Shown piece after piece: positions 12,145 through 27,273 of a stretch of 64,000 nucleotides of DNA. A program made the translations under genes and the position numbers. Below the pieces are notes generated by a model. The model was not told where the DNA came from, searched no databases, and worked only from the letters and a program-made list of their open reading frames with translations. The stretch's first letter is position 1, and each line of letters begins with the position of its first letter. The stretch is from Octopus vulgaris (Eukaryota): the NCBI GenBank assembly GCA_951406725.2, contig OX597831.1:9176001-9240000 (forward strand), read 5' to 3'.

Positions 12145-12483
12145 ATTTATAAAAGTTCTAAAATCTTCACAGCCTTGTTTTTTTTATCTCATTCTGAAGA
12201 AAACATTTTTTTTATATATACACACGCTGGTATATGACCGCAGTTAGACTCCTTATTCGCATAATCAGCGAACCTGGAGCTTAACTATGGTCGATCCATA
12301 GCGATTACTCAGCATTGCCTGACACCTTTGGGTCTTATTGACACTATTACCTCTCATCACCTCTACATACACACACACATACATACATACATACATACAT
12401 ACATATGTATATATCTATATATATATAGATAGATATATACATATGTATATACCTATCTATATATCTATCTATCTATATACATT

Positions 12484-12532
<49 letters not shown>

Positions 12533-12610
12533 ACATATATTTGCATATCTACATATATATAGGCATATATATATATACATGCACATATGTATACATATAT
12601 ACATACATAC

Positions 12611-12667
<57 letters not shown>

Positions 12668-12925
12668 CATGTGTATATATTATATTAGCAAGTGATAGAG
12701 AACAAATTCTCTTCGTCACTGTTTCCCGGAATGCCTGGACATCAAAATGATTATTTTTTCAGCAGGAGTCACAAGTCATAATTACTCTTTCGTAAAAGCA
12801 ATTTATTTTAATTACGCTGAGAAATTTGGTTTAGTTTTGTTTGGAGAGTCCCATTCACACAAAAATGTACAGAAAGATATGTAGTTCATTGTATGCTTAG
12901 AATATGGGCATAGATACAGACGCAG

Positions 12926-12990
<65 letters not shown>

Positions 12991-13050
12991 CACAGATAAA
13001 CAAACAAGAATTGTCATGCATATAGCTATAAACATACATACATCATACAT

Positions 13051-13408
13051 AAGGCGGCTAGCTGGCAGAATCGTTAGCACGCTGGGCGAAATGCGTAGCC
13101 GTATTTCGCCTGCCGTTACATTCTGAGTTCAAATTCCGCTGAGGTCGACTTTGCCTTTCATCCTTAATCGACTTAATCCCTTTGTTTGTCCCCTCGCCGA
13201 GGTCGACTTTGCCTTTCATCCTTAATCGACTTAATCCCTTTGTCTGTCCTTGTTTGTCCCCTCGCCGAGGTCGACTTTGCCTTTTATCCTTTCGGGGTCG
13301 ATAAATTAAGTTCCAGTTACGCACTGGGGTCAATGTAATCGGCTTAATCCCGTTGTCTGTCTTTGTTTGTCCCCTCTATGTTTAGCCCCTTGTGGGCAAT
13401 AAAAAAAT
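13051..13408 (+). mobile_element. SINE family A with internal rearranged duplications
   Basis: gaggtcgactttgcctt occurs three times between 13141 and 13285. Confidence 0.9.
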
Positions 13409-14171
13409 ATATATGTAGCAACGTATAAGTACGAAAACATCAATATATATTCGATAAACGTACGTAATAACAGTATAGCAATCAGTATTTTTAAAAACTG
13501 TGACTTCGAATTTCAATCTGAATTCGAACCGCGCATATTCTGCATTATAAGATGCCAAGTGTGGTACGCTGGTGTTAACTTGTTAGGTTCCATGCCATCG
13601 CGCCAAGGATGGCAGAGGAAAACCAAAATATCTACCAAGCGTCAGATATGCTACTTTCTACGTTGTTGTGGAATCTATTTATTTCAGGAAATTTTTTCGA
13701 AGAACTGTCCTCTTTTGGAAATTGATTTTACTCAAAACTTTCAAATACAAACAGAAAAAAAGTGAAACTAAAATACAAAAACAACAAAAAACAGAAGAAA
13801 AAAATACAAACTAAACTTATAATTATGGTTTTCCAAAAACATGGTTTATATTCTGACTAAATTAACAGCTGAGACTTTCAATATTAAATAATAATTTGAT
13901 TAATAAAGCGCCGTTTTATACACTGATAGAATATACTGTTATTTTTTAGTCTTAGCTAAAATCTATCCTTTCATATTTTTGTTTATTTTTTTTTTCTTAT
14001 ATCATGGCTGCCGGGTTAAGAAACTCGCCTTTGCAATATATAGCTTCACGTTCAGTCGTACAGCTTGAGCAAATGTCTTCTATTGTAATAATGGCACCAG
14101 CCCGACCAATGCCTGTGGGGGGTGGACTTGGTAAACGGAAACCGTGTGAAATGTGAAATCCCGTCGTATAT

Positions 14172-14232
<61 letters not shown>

Positions 14233-14428
14233 CTGTAGAAAAAAAGTACTTGATGTGATAGAAGAAAACTGAGTGTAGTTTTGAAATCAGCCAATTCTAG
14301 CCTAAATCAAGTGAAAGGCAAACTCAACGGAAATTATGGTCAAAATTGTTCTCCTGTGTTATCTGCTGCGCCGACATTTCCGTTGAACAGTCTAATCACA
14401 GCTTGTCTGGAATCATCTCTTATGTCTC

Positions 14429-14429
<1 letters not shown>

Positions 14430-14460
<31 letters not shown>

Positions 14461-14722
14461 GTCGTCGTCGTTGTCGTCGTTTAACGTCCGCTTTCCAAGC
14501 CAGCATGGGTTGGACGATTTTGACTGAGGTCTGGCGAACCAGATGGCTGCACCAGGCCCCAATCTTGATCTGGCAGAATTTCTACAGCTGGATGCTCTTC
14601 CTAACGTCAACCACTCCGAGAGTGTATTGGGTGCTTTTTACGTGCCACTGGCACGGGGGCCAGTCAGGCGGTACTGGCAACGGCCACGTTCAATTGGTGC
14701 TTTTTATGTGCCACCTGCACAG
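14430..14722 (-). mobile_element. Family D SINE-like element with (GAT)n tail
   Basis: (CAT)n then tttaacgtccgctttcca...ctggatgctcttcctaac; other copies near 27440, 29370, 35245, 40578. Confidence 0.85.
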
Positions 14723-15293
14723 GAGAAAAAAGCAGCATTCTTTCTTGGGAATTATGTTAACTCAATGCATAACGTCCAGAAAAATGAACGCAGGAAAAAT
14801 TACTATTCTTTGTTAAGTAAACAACCTATTAAGCATATTTTTGGTATAGTCTGCCTCTAAACAAGTTCTCTATGATTGAGCAGGCGCACTATACAAACAA
14901 ACCAACGATACACACGTACGAAATAAGAAATAGTAATTTTTCCTGCGTCTATTCTTCTGGACGATCTGCATTAATGGTTTAAGGATATAACGTGACATAC
15001 CATTGGAATTACTTAACTAGTCACAGGACAGGCTGTTCCGTTCATCTAACAATTGGAACATTCATCCTGAAAGCCAACGGCGACCCATTTCATCCTCCAA
15101 GGATTAAGGGCCAAGTTGGCCATACACAGAACTGAGTCTAGAACGTGAAGCTAATGATCGTTAGACATTATGTTAGCATCACGTGCGAAATCTTCCAAGG
15201 CTAATATAACAAAATAACAAAATTGCTTCGAAAGAGGGAACCCCTGAGATTATGGAAACAAACAAACAAAAATAGTAATAAATAAATAAATAA

Positions 15294-15421
15294 GGAGTGG
15301 ATGTGTGATAAAAAGCTTGTTTCTCAATGTCATGGTTCCGGGTTCAGTCGCCCTGCGTGGCACCTTGGACAAGTGTCTTCAGCTATAGCCTCGGGCCGAG
15401 CAAGGCCTTGTGAGTAGATTT

Positions 15422-15456
<35 letters not shown>

Positions 15457-15670
15457 GTAGTATGTATTTGTGTGTCTGTATGTGTTCCCCACCATGCTTG
15501 ACAACCGATGTTGGTGTGTTTACGTGTCCATAACTTAGCGGTTCGGCAAAAGAGACTGATGGAATAAGTACTAGGCTTACAAAAAAATAAGCCCCGGGAT
15601 CGATTTGTTCGACTAAAGGTGGTGCTCCAGCATGGCTGCGGTCAAATGACTGAAACAAATAGAAGAATAA
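15294..15670 (+). mobile_element. SINE family B
   Basis: Head, internal TA tract and 3' half (ggtgctccagcatggc...aatgactgaaacaa). Confidence 0.88.
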
Positions 15671-16224
15671 TAGAAAAAGGATTTTGATTTTACAATTTTT
15701 TTCGAAAAGTTTAGTTTATTTTTTATTCTTTGGGAAATGAAGGAAAATAAAGACATATTCCAATATAAAGTTGAGAAATTCTTACAGTTCCTGTATTTCA
15801 AAGAGAAGTGAAAGCAGGTGTTTCGGCAGGTGTTGCGTCTTGTATTATGCAAGGTTTTATTGCGAAGTAATAAGTGTCGGAGGAATATTCCTCTGCGAGG
15901 TTGGCATTCTCTGATTATTAATGACACCTCACAGAGACGCTACACATTAACGGACTTTCGAGGCAGCCATTTCTGTTCCGTTTTGATCTTTTTCCTGCGC
16001 CATCGATAAAGACCCCGTTTACATTGTAGGAAATCACACGCATACACATCCATACATACTCAAACACACACACACACACACACACACACATATCCATACA
16101 CACACTCAGAGACTACCTTGCCTACGCACCGGTAGTCCCCCATCCCTCACCACTTTTACACCTACAAGTACACGCAGAGATACCCTCCAACATACAACCG
16201 GTAACACCTGCGTGCCCACGCGTC

Positions 16225-16268
<44 letters not shown>

Positions 16269-16314
16269 CGTGTGTGTGTATGCATATATAAATACGTATC
16301 TACATATGCATGCT

Positions 16315-16357
<43 letters not shown>

Positions 16358-16401
16358 GCAATGTGTGTTTTTTTATATGTAAAAGTGTGTGCATGTGTAT
16401 G

Positions 16402-16502
<101 letters not shown>

Positions 16503-16600
16503 ATGCATATATAAATACGTATTTACATATGCATGCTTATATATATATACGTAATGTGTGTGTATGTATGTAAAAGTGTGTGCGTGTGTATGTATATATG

Positions 16601-16651
<51 letters not shown>

Positions 16652-16994
16652 CATATACACGAACACAAAGACAAACACACGCACATACTTATATCCTTCC
16701 TCTGATGACATCAGATAATGGCGAAGTTCAAATATTAATGAAAGTAAAACGACTAAACTCTCGTTCTTCTTCATGTCGTTAACAATAAACATCACAAGTA
16801 GAAGGGCGTAGGAGGAGAAACAGTAGAATAGGAGGAGGTGGAGGTCAAAGAAGAGGTGTGAGTTTTAGACTGTGGAAGACGTCGGACGTCAGCAAGGCAA
16901 GCGTCTGGGAGGTCAGCAGTTCGTGTCCTGGAGAGGACGTTTTGCACATTCTAATAAATCTCAAAATGGTGTTTATTTAAAAAAAAATTAAGCC

Positions 16995-17355
16995 TGTTTT
17001 ATTTATTGGACTGTGGTCATGCTGGAGTAACGCCTTGAAGAGCTTTTAATCAAAACAAATTGATCTCATTACTTATTTTATTCATTATGTCGGTCTCTTG
17101 TGCCGAACTGCTAGGTCAAGCAAGCAAACCAACACCGTTTGTCAAGCGATGTACACAGATGTGAACCCCTCCCCCTCACACACATGTACACAACGGGCTG
17201 CTACACGTTTTCTGTCTACGAAATCCACTGACAAGGCATTGGTTGGCCTGAGGCTATTATAGTCAAAGAGACTTGCCCAAGGTGTTGTGGAGTGACCTGA
17301 TACTGGGAACCAGGTGGCTGCAACGTGAACTTCTGAACCGTACAGCCATACCTGC
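16995..17355 (-). mobile_element. Diverged SINE family B
   Basis: Reverse-complement similarity to the 39133 copy. Confidence 0.8.
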
Positions 17356-17413
17356 GCTCATATTTAGTGATGCAAATAGGAATAGCTTTCCTCTGGAAGC
17401 AGTAGTAATACCT

Positions 17414-17644
17414 ATTTCTTTACTACCCACAAGGGGCTAAACACAGAGGGGACAAACAAGGACAGACAAACGGATTAAGTCAATTACATCGACCCCAGTG
17501 CGTAACTAGTACTTAATTTATCGACCCCGAAAGGATGAAAGGCAAAGTCGACCTCGGCGCAATTTGAACTCAGAACGTAACAGCAGACGAAATACGGCTA
17601 CGCATTTCGCCCGGCGTGCTAACGCTTCTGCCAGCTCGCCGCCT
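17414..17644 (-). mobile_element. Full-length SINE family A
   Basis: TSD tagtaatacct at 17403-17413 and 17645-17655. Confidence 0.92.
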
Positions 17645-18199
17645 TAGTAATACCTGAAGGCGTATAGGTGTTGGTGGTTGTTACATTTAGCATTATGTTG
17701 ATACCTGGTGTTCGTAAATAACTAACCTCGATTGTGTTAATACCAGACTTCAATAAGTACGGATCGATTTGTCCGACTAAACCCTTCCAGGTGGTGCTCC
17801 AACATGACCGCGGTCTAATACCTAAAACATATTAAACATATAAAGCCATTGTATGTCAAAATAGCGTTTGTAGTTCTGTCTGAGTGGGAGCCATATTAAG
17901 AGCGGCTGCAAAGTTTGTGCATTGTTGGAAACATGCAGCAATAATGTATTATTAACTTGTTAATCCGACAGTAAATGCAAAAGAACATTCTAGGAGAATG
18001 TTCACCGGATTAAGACATACTTAAATAAACCGTCTCAACTGTGTTTCTCCTTGTCTTCTTCCAAAACACCGGGGAGACCTCATTAATCAAAAGGTGCCGT
18101 CTTTCTTCTCCAATTGGTTACTTAAACAAGAAATTCCGACAAAGGTTGAAGAGTTGGCAACATTTAATCATCTTGGGGAGAATAAAGACCCTTATCTAG

Positions 18200-18560
18200 A
18201 CAGTTACTGAAATCATAAAGATAATGGCCTGGAAGCAAATTGTAGTAACACAAGTGTTAAACAAGCCATTAGTGAATAAGGAAACATGTCACGTTAGTAT
18301 TTTTCGTATTTCTTTTATTCTGGTCGAATACTAAGTGGAAGACATCCTCTGCACCTTCACCGAACTATTGTTAACAGAATAAAGTAACACATTTTCTTGG
18401 ACAGCTGACATTGCCTATTGCAGGCTATTTACAACTGAAAGCACTTTGAAATAGAAAATTTAATTAGTTTTTAGTCCACATTTAGATTGAAATAAGAATT
18501 TGAAGGATGTTCGAGATAATGGACCTGCAATGTCTGATGCAATACCAAAGAGACTGTAAA
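18200..18560 (-). mobile_element. Possible highly decayed Gypsy integrase fragment
   Basis: IASDIAGPLSRT resembles the integrase D(I)xGPLPxT motif; downstream similarity is weak. Confidence 0.35.
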
Positions 18561-18805
18561 AAGGATTTAGAGTTGAAATTGTTTCTCTGAAAATTTTTAT
18601 TACATAAGTCAAATAGCATAAATGGATTAACAAGCTAATAACAAACAAAACCAGCGCAACTAACGGATAACTTATAAATAAGATTACTACGTTAGTTTAG
18701 TTACGCAAACACACACACACACACATACTCCCACCACACTCTCTCACTGATATTTGCATTTGTATGTACTTCTCTCTCTTTCTCTGTGCGTATATATATA
18801 TATAT

Positions 18806-18843
<38 letters not shown>

Positions 18844-19016
18844 AGTGAGGTAGAAATATGTGGCCTAGTGATTTAACATCTTTGGTTTACGATCGCAAGG
18901 TCTTGGATTGGATTCTTGGCTGGACGGTCGTATCTTTGAGCAAGACTAAGCTGAAATAAGCATGCCTACAAACAAATCTGCAAATCCGTTGGAATCCGTT
19001 CATTTTATATATATCT

Positions 19017-19421
<405 letters not shown>

Positions 19422-19974
19422 CAAAAAGAGATTAACACAAGCATAAATATGTATATAGGTGTATGTGTGTGTATGTTTGTGTGTTTGATTACGTTATTAG
19501 TAAAGAACGGAACAAGATTTAACCAATTCCTCCTGGAGCAGAACATGTAAAATTTAATTCAGTTCACCGGAACTAACCCTGGTTGAAGCAATTAGTTTCA
19601 ACAAAACTGCAGAGATGATCGCTTGATATTTTGTTTTATCTGTTAGTCAGGAGAGATGACACTGTGTGTGACCCGTGATTGGCCTCCGAGACTGCTGGTT
19701 TGGGGCGGCAGGTACTCTCAAATTGAAACTTGGCTCAAATGATCCCAAGTGCTGAATTGCTCTTAAGAGATCCAAAGTAACAAATGGTGGTTGAGTTAAA
19801 CCGAGCGGAAGGTCAAGGTCGGAAAGCATGAAACAACATGGTGGCTTAAATGAAATCATCGGACTGGTCAGCTACAAATCTCGGCCCCTTCATTATCATT
19901 TATGTAATGATGTTAATTACCAGAAAAAAAAAACAAAAATGGTGGGGATTAATGTTTCTTGTCCTGTAATATAT

Positions 19975-20206
19975 ATTTCTTTACTATCCACAAGGGGCTA
20001 AACACAGAGGGGCTAAACAAGGACAGACAAACGGATTAAGTCGATTACATCGACCCCAGTGCGTAACTGGTACTTATTTAATCGACCCCGAAAGGATGAA
20101 AGGTAAAGTCGACCTCGGCGGAATTTGAACTCAGAACGTAACGGCAGACGAAATACGGCTACGCATTTCGCCCGGCGTGCTACCGTTTATGCCAGCTCGC
20201 CGCCTT
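19975..20206 (-). mobile_element. Full-length SINE family A
   Basis: TSD tgtcctgtaatatat at 19960-19974 and 20211-20225. Confidence 0.92.
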
Positions 20207-20499
20207 GTCCTGTCCTGTAATATATTTTCATTGTCTCCTGTAGGCACGGTTTTAATATCCACTGCCAAAAGTTCTGGATATTAAAACAAGCGCATGTAAA
20301 AAGATATTGAAAGAAATATGAGAAAAGTTTGTCTTCCGTAAAAAACGTGTTACTGGAAATGCTTCTATTTCTCGCAGCATAAGAAGTGTGTTTTTCAAAG
20401 TCGTTGCAGGGGGAAACGACTTTCTGTAGTTAATGGTAAGAAAAGTTTGAGCGGTTTTATCTACGTTCACCCCTGAAAGGTTTAATATGAGCAAATGAA

Positions 20500-20731
20500 A
20501 AGGCGGTGAGCTGGCAGAAGCGTTAGCACGCCGGGCGAAATGCTTAGCAGTATTTCGTCTGCCGCTACGTTGTGAGTTCAAATTCCGCTGAGGTCGACTT
20601 TGCTTTTCATCCTTTCGGGGTCGATAAATTAAGTACCAGTTACGCACTGGGGTCGATGTAATCGGTTTAATCCGTTCCTCTGTCCTTGTTTGTCCCCTCT
20701 GTGTTTAGCCCCTTGTGGGTAGTAAAGAAAT
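20500..20731 (+). mobile_element. Full-length SINE family A
   Basis: Near-identical to the 1102 copy; followed by a short re-start ggtattttgtctgccgttacgtt. Confidence 0.92.
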
Positions 20732-21339
20732 TGGTATTTTGTCTGCCGTTACGTTAACATTTTTGTTAACATTTAAAAAAAAATGTTAATAGGAATTATC
20801 TCCCCTACACAGTAGCTCTTAATGTTGGATTATACGATTGCTTCATTTGGTAGCCATATTTAATTCGTGGAGAGAAACTTACCATACAGATAAGTTAACA
20901 TTTCCTTTTACAAACCTTTCTTCTTCCTACTTTTATTCCACATTTCTGTTCATTATTTACTAAAGTAAAATTGTTCCGACAACTTCTAGTTATATAATTT
21001 TAGTTTGTCATATCTTTATATAGCAAAATAAGTTCATATAATCTAGACTTGAAGATTGGCAATATAATCGTTTTAATATGGTATTGTATTTCGAGACATT
21101 CTATTTCAGCAATATCGAGGAATATGTTGTCATGAAACGGGCGTAGTCTATATAATGTAAAATATATGATTTAGAATAAGAATTGAAGGTATTAATTTTT
21201 ATTATTTTAATATTTAGTCCTATATGTACTTGTCGTGGATAATGTCGTTCAATGATGATTGAGTTGCTTGAGGTAGATTCTGTCTCTTAAACCTATATAT
21301 ATATATATGTGTGTGTGTGTGCGTATATATATGTATATG

Positions 21340-21545
21340 TTTGTATGGTTTTCTTTGCTCCCCAAAATTGCTTGACAACAATTACTGGTATGTTTACGTC
21401 CCTGTAACTTAGCGGTTTGGCAAAAAGAGACCGATAGAATAAATGCTAGACTTACAAAGAATGAGTCCTGAGGTTGATTTGCTCGACTAAAGGTGGTGCT
21501 CCAGCATGGCCAGAGTTAAATGACTGAAAGAAATAAAAGAAAACA
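21340..21545 (+). mobile_element. SINE family B, 3' half
   Basis: gcttgacaa...taacttagcggt...ggtgctccagcatggcc. Confidence 0.85.
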
Positions 21546-21603
21546 AGACTAATACTACTTCTGTTGCATGTATACAGAACATGCACACACACACGAATAT
21601 ATA

Positions 21604-21659
<56 letters not shown>

Positions 21660-22715
21660 TGCATATATATATATATATATATATATACCTAATACATATA
21701 TCCTATTACCATCACTAGTGATATATGCAATCACGTAGTGGTTACTAATCTTTGAACATCCATCACCTTAGACACCAGACTTTACTGGGTAATGAGCAGA
21801 ATTTTGTAATCATTTTCTTTAATTTCAATTATAGCAACTACCTTTAAATCATGCAAAAGCATATAAAAAATATATATATAAGAAAATATCGATATCCTAT
21901 AAAAAAAAACCTATAAATTTGGTATTTCCATATTTCTTATTGCCATCAAGTTTTTCTTAATATTACATTAAGATATTAATATTTTAAAGCCACAAGTGAT
22001 TGAAATTTTAATTTAAATTTTCTACATATTGTAAATTAGTTTTAAAAGAGCAAATTGATTCACCTTACTTTAATGCTTCTAGTACATCATGAATCAATGA
22101 GTGAGTCCCTAGGTGGTGGCACAACCATCAAGAAATAGCAGCCAAGTGTCCTTCAAGTCACATCCCGTTCTTATCTTAAATAAACAAGTTTGATGGTATA
22201 GTCCTAGATACACTATGACAGGACGCATTCATTAATGTAATCATAAATATAATATGGAAGGACACAATGTAACTCTACAAATGGTATGGAAGAACATATC
22301 TGATAATGTATTCCTAAGAATTATTGCATTGGATACTATTCCAAAATATAGGGAATATAGTATGGAAGACCACATTGGATAATGTAGTCTTCCGTAACAA
22401 TCTTAAATATAGCACAATAAGGTAGATTGGGGTACGTAGTTCTAGTTTATGACTATTACACATTGCATATTGAAGTAGTAAATATACTATGGAAGACCAT
22501 ACTGGATAACATGGTCTGACACATGCAATGGAATAACATCTTAGTCCCAAATAAATCTTGTTTGGGAAAAAGCTGAGCTGGTCGTGGTTTGATTGTTGGT
22601 AATTTTAGATGACCTTGGAGTGGGGTAGGGGCATAAAAAATGGGGAAGCAATAACTTCTGTAGGATGAAGTCCTAAAGTAGTCTTTTTGTGGACTTTTGA
22701 TTTGGTGAAAATATG

Positions 22716-22954
22716 CTTCCTTATTACCCACAAGGGGCTAAACATAGAGGGGACAAACAAACGAATTAAGTCGATTAAATCGACCCCAGTGTGTAACTAT
22801 TACTTAATTTATCGACCCCCAAAAGGATAAAAAGCAAAGTCGACCTCGGCGGAATTTGAACTCAGAACATAATGGCAGACGGAATATGTTCTGAGTTCAA
22901 ATTCCGCTGAGGTCGACTTTGCCTTTCATCCTTTCGGGGTCTATAAATTAAGTA
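22716..22954. mobile_element. Two head-to-head fused family A fragments forming a hairpin
   Basis: Arms 22801-22871 and 22885-22954, 13-nt loop. Confidence 0.88.
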
Positions 22955-22979
22955 CCCACCAAATCACCTTCAAGTCTGA

Positions 22980-23180
22980 TCCTAAGGCAAGACAGATTCT
23001 TCAAGCCAAATCAACTGGCCGGATACCCAGGGGTAGACCAAAAAGGAGATGCTTGCATAATATTCATGGTCAGAGTTGGTCACAGTTGAGAATCTTCCCA
23101 GAAAGTGTAATGAAAGTTTCTTCTAACAGAGCCCTATGGAGGGGGTGCCAAATGACTGTAACCCCATGGCACACCGCGGA
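22980..23180 (+). mobile_element. RTE-clade LINE 3' coding remnant
   Basis: RQILQAKSTGRIPRGRPKRRCLHNI...SNRALWR matches the GxRxRGRPxxRW...DRxxWR C-terminal signature. Confidence 0.65.
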
Positions 23181-23526
23181 ATTTATGGCCCGAGCAGATG
23201 GCTAGCTCAGGGGGTCGAATGATTAGGCTCAGATATCCTCCAGGAAAAAGATTTTTACTATGAAAATTAATTTGATGAAAGATTCGTTCATTCATAACTT
23301 ATTAGGGTCTTACTTGAGACACATTAAGGGCTGTTGGCATTGACCCTCCCCTCTGACTCACTGAAAACAAATTAGTAAAAAGTTTAAGTCATTCAGCATT
23401 ATTTCAGCACATGAAATCTATAAACAGAATAAAAGAATACAGATGTTCATATATGATGCACAGACACACACACACATGTATATATACATATATACATATA
23501 TACATACATATATATATAGATATACA

Positions 23527-23570
<44 letters not shown>

Positions 23571-23610
23571 ATGTATTCACATATGTTCTGTATGCATTTA
23601 TGTATGTGTG

Positions 23611-23654
<44 letters not shown>

Positions 23655-24179
23655 GATATATATATATGTAATCAAATATGCATGTATGTATATATACGTA
23701 ATTATATATAACATGCAATGTGTATATATTTACATGAATATCTACATATATGCATGTCAACCTAAATGTGTTTGTCTATGTGTGTGTATCTCTGTGTTAG
23801 CATGTGTGTGCATATCGCTGAGTCCGTATGTTCCTCTGTGTGTGTGTGTGTATATGTGTGTGTATCGCTGTAGAATGGTGCTGTTGTTGATTAGATGTGA
23901 AATATATAACAAGACAGACAATGAAACGAGATCGAATGATACGGTGTATGGCTGTGAATGATTTATTGATTTCGATGACGAGGACGAATATGAATGCAGG
24001 ATATTACAGCCAGAATTATAATTTAGATGCTGATTAAATATGGATATAATCCGAGACAGATGAAAAAGAATACGTTAATAGGTATATTAAGCCTTTGTTT
24101 CATAATTAAATTTCTAAACCAAGTAGAATAAACCAACTAAACCATTGCTCCATGGAGAGTTTTTAATGTACTTGGTTGT

Positions 24180-24800
24180 GTTGATGATGATGATGATGCT
24201 GCTGCTGCTGCTGATGATGATGATGATGGTGGTGGAGATGATGATGATGACGGTGATGATGATGATGATGGAGATGACAATAATAACATTTTAATGATGA
24301 AAATAAAGCTGCAATGGTCACGATGATGATGATGATGGTGATGATTGTGGTGGTAGAATTGTTGGTGAGGATGATGATGATGATGATGATTATGATGATG
24401 ATGATGATAGTGGTGATGATTGTGGTGGTAGTATTGTTGGTGAAGATGATGATGATGATGTTGATGATGATGATGATGATGATGATAATGATGGTGATGA
24501 TAGTGATCATGATGATGGTGATGATGATGGTGATGATGATGATGATGGTGATGATAATGATGATGATCATGATGATGGTGATGATTGTGGTGGTAGTATT
24601 GGTGATGATGATGATGATGATGATGATAATTGCAATGACTACAACATTGACAATGATTGAGGTTGATGGTAATCACATTTGTGAATGATGATAATGACAA
24701 TAAGAACAATGCTGATGACGACGACAACGGCGATGATGCTGATGACAATTATGATAATAATGATGATGACGGTGATAATGACAATGGTGACGACGATGAA
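24180..24800. repeat. Degenerate (GAT)n/(GGT)n trinucleotide region
   Basis: Direct reading. Confidence 0.95.
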
Positions 24801-25082
24801 AAAAAAAACTGGTGATGGCGGCGATTGTGTGCAGACAGACAGATAAATGCCTGTAATTTTCCTGCGATGGCTCCATGCCAAATTGTTCCACACGGTAGAG
24901 CAATCTCCGACGACCAGACTGACAGCAGTCGGAACGACACAGAGGTCAATCGAAGGAAGGTAAATAAATATTTGACATCAATCCAGACACCATTGTTAAC
25001 CTTGGTGGATTTCATTAATATATTACCGTTAGATACAGCAGCTGGAGATGGCAGGCAGCTAAACACCATACCCTGTCTTTTG

Positions 25083-25139
<57 letters not shown>

Positions 25140-25141
<2 letters not shown>

Positions 25142-25355
25142 GGCTGGCAGTATCTATTGTTAGCAGGTCGGGTGGTGAAATGCTTAGCGGCATTTTGTCC
25201 GTTGTTACAACTGAGTTCAGATTCCATTGAGGTTGACTTTGCCTTTCATCCTTTTGGGGTCGATAAATTAAGTACCAGTTGAACACTGGGGTCGATGAAC
25301 TTGACTTAATCCTTCCCTGCATATTTCAGGCCTTGTGCCTATAGCAGAAAGGATT
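25140..25355 (+). mobile_element. Diverged family A-like SINE
   Basis: gcctttcatccttttggggtcgataaattaagtaccag; many CpG to TpG changes. Confidence 0.85.
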
Positions 25356-25430
25356 ATTATCATTACTATTATTATTGATTGATTGATTCTAGTTTCAGCT
25401 TATGAGCTGTGGCCATGCTGGGGCACCGCC

Positions 25431-25467
<37 letters not shown>

Positions 25468-26020
25468 GAGTGAGAGAGCAGTTCATGCCTTCAAACTGAC
25501 ACTGGGGTAAAATATAGTAAGCCCAATATACTCATCATGACTACCCGTCTGATAAAGGTACACCAGGCACATGCATCAAAACAATATGCATGTGACATGG
25601 TGACCTCTTATCAAAATAAACAGCGCATGACCTTGCAAGTGGGGCCTAGTTAGAATTTTCTTCTGGTTGAGTAACCCATCCCACTCAAACGGTCCCTGAA
25701 TAAGGGTTGTTTAAAGATGTTGAATGAACCACCCATGTTTCCAGAGGTGAATTATTCAAACCCCAAGGAATTCCCCTCGACACATGGCTATGATGTTCCC
25801 CCACTACTTCTGCTTGTGATCAGAGAAGCACATATCGTCAGCCACTAAGGGACATGCTCAACTGGTTAAGGTCAAATAACAGGCAAGCAAATCTGTGGTA
25901 TTGAGCAGAATATTTGCTGTAGCCCATCTTTTATACCAAGACAAAACAATGTACATGATAACACTTCCATCAGTTAAGATGAGAAGCCATGAGAGCCACT
26001 GTCTAGTACTGCATCAGAGC

Positions 26021-26021
<1 letters not shown>
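25468..26021. mobile_element. Family C element within (ATT)n
   Basis: Similar to the 4183 and 45454 copies. Confidence 0.9.
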
Positions 26022-26074
<53 letters not shown>

Positions 26075-26671
26075 CATTATTGTTAATTGTGAGTCAGTGT
26101 GCTGGCAGAATTGTAAGCATTCAGGAGAAAATGGTTGACAGCATTTCTGACAACTTTAGGTTTTGCGTTTAACTCCCACTACACTCAACTTTGCCCTTTA
26201 TTGTTTTCGGGTTGATAGAATAAGGACTGGTTGAGTACTGGTGTTTTGTGTAATTGACTCACTTGCTCCCTCAAAATTCTGGGGCTTCTGCTTTTCACAG
26301 AAAGGGGAAAGGGCTTACATAATAAATTGGTACATGGATATTTCAAGATTGTCCTTCAGAGAGATTCTTATTCGTGTAAGAGTAAAACTTATTTATGGGT
26401 TTCTTGTTTATGGGTCCTTTTTTTTGGGTATATGTGTATATACAATGGGCTTCTACAAAGCTTCTATCTACCAAATTTACTCACAAAACATTCGTTGGCC
26501 CAGCGCTAGAGTAGAAGACATGCAACAGAACTGAACCATGTGTTTGTGAAGTGAGCTTCTTAGCAACACGTCAATGCTGGAGTCTATCATCTCCATCTTT
26601 ACTGTCTGTATATTGAAATGCAGACGTTTATGGACCTTTATGAGTATTATGAGATAACGTTATCATGTTGT

Positions 26672-26713
<42 letters not shown>

Positions 26714-27051
26714 CTTTATTACCCGATGCTCATAAATGTCCATAGCTTTGTGTCTTTCTATAAAGAGATAATGACATTGTAAGGAACAAATACTAAACAA
26801 AATGTGAAGTTGCATAAAAATAATAAGAAAAAAATCCCAGCAGAGACCTTTAGATGAAGAAATGAAGAATACAGACACAAACGCTTAAAATCAAAGAATA
26901 TTGGTGGAATATTCTAATGAAATCTCTATCCAGTGTAGAGAAAAAGAGACTCTTTATTTCATATAAGGACTGAAAACTCAATCAGAGAAAAACATCAGGG
27001 AGGATGTTAATAATGAAGTTTTGGTTATTAGTGAGAAATCAAATACTTATT

Positions 27052-27080
27052 TCATCATCATCATCACCATCATCATCCTC

Positions 27081-27144
<64 letters not shown>

Positions 27145-27185
27145 CCACCATCATCATCATCATCATCATCACCATCATCATCCTC

Positions 27186-27273
<88 letters not shown>

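Noticed and set aside
16700-16760. CTGATGA followed by GAAA
   Set aside because: No convincing stem I or stem II
22354-22510. Two roughly 28-bp similar repeats (tatggaagacca..tggataa)
   Set aside because: Only two diverged copies, no further structure
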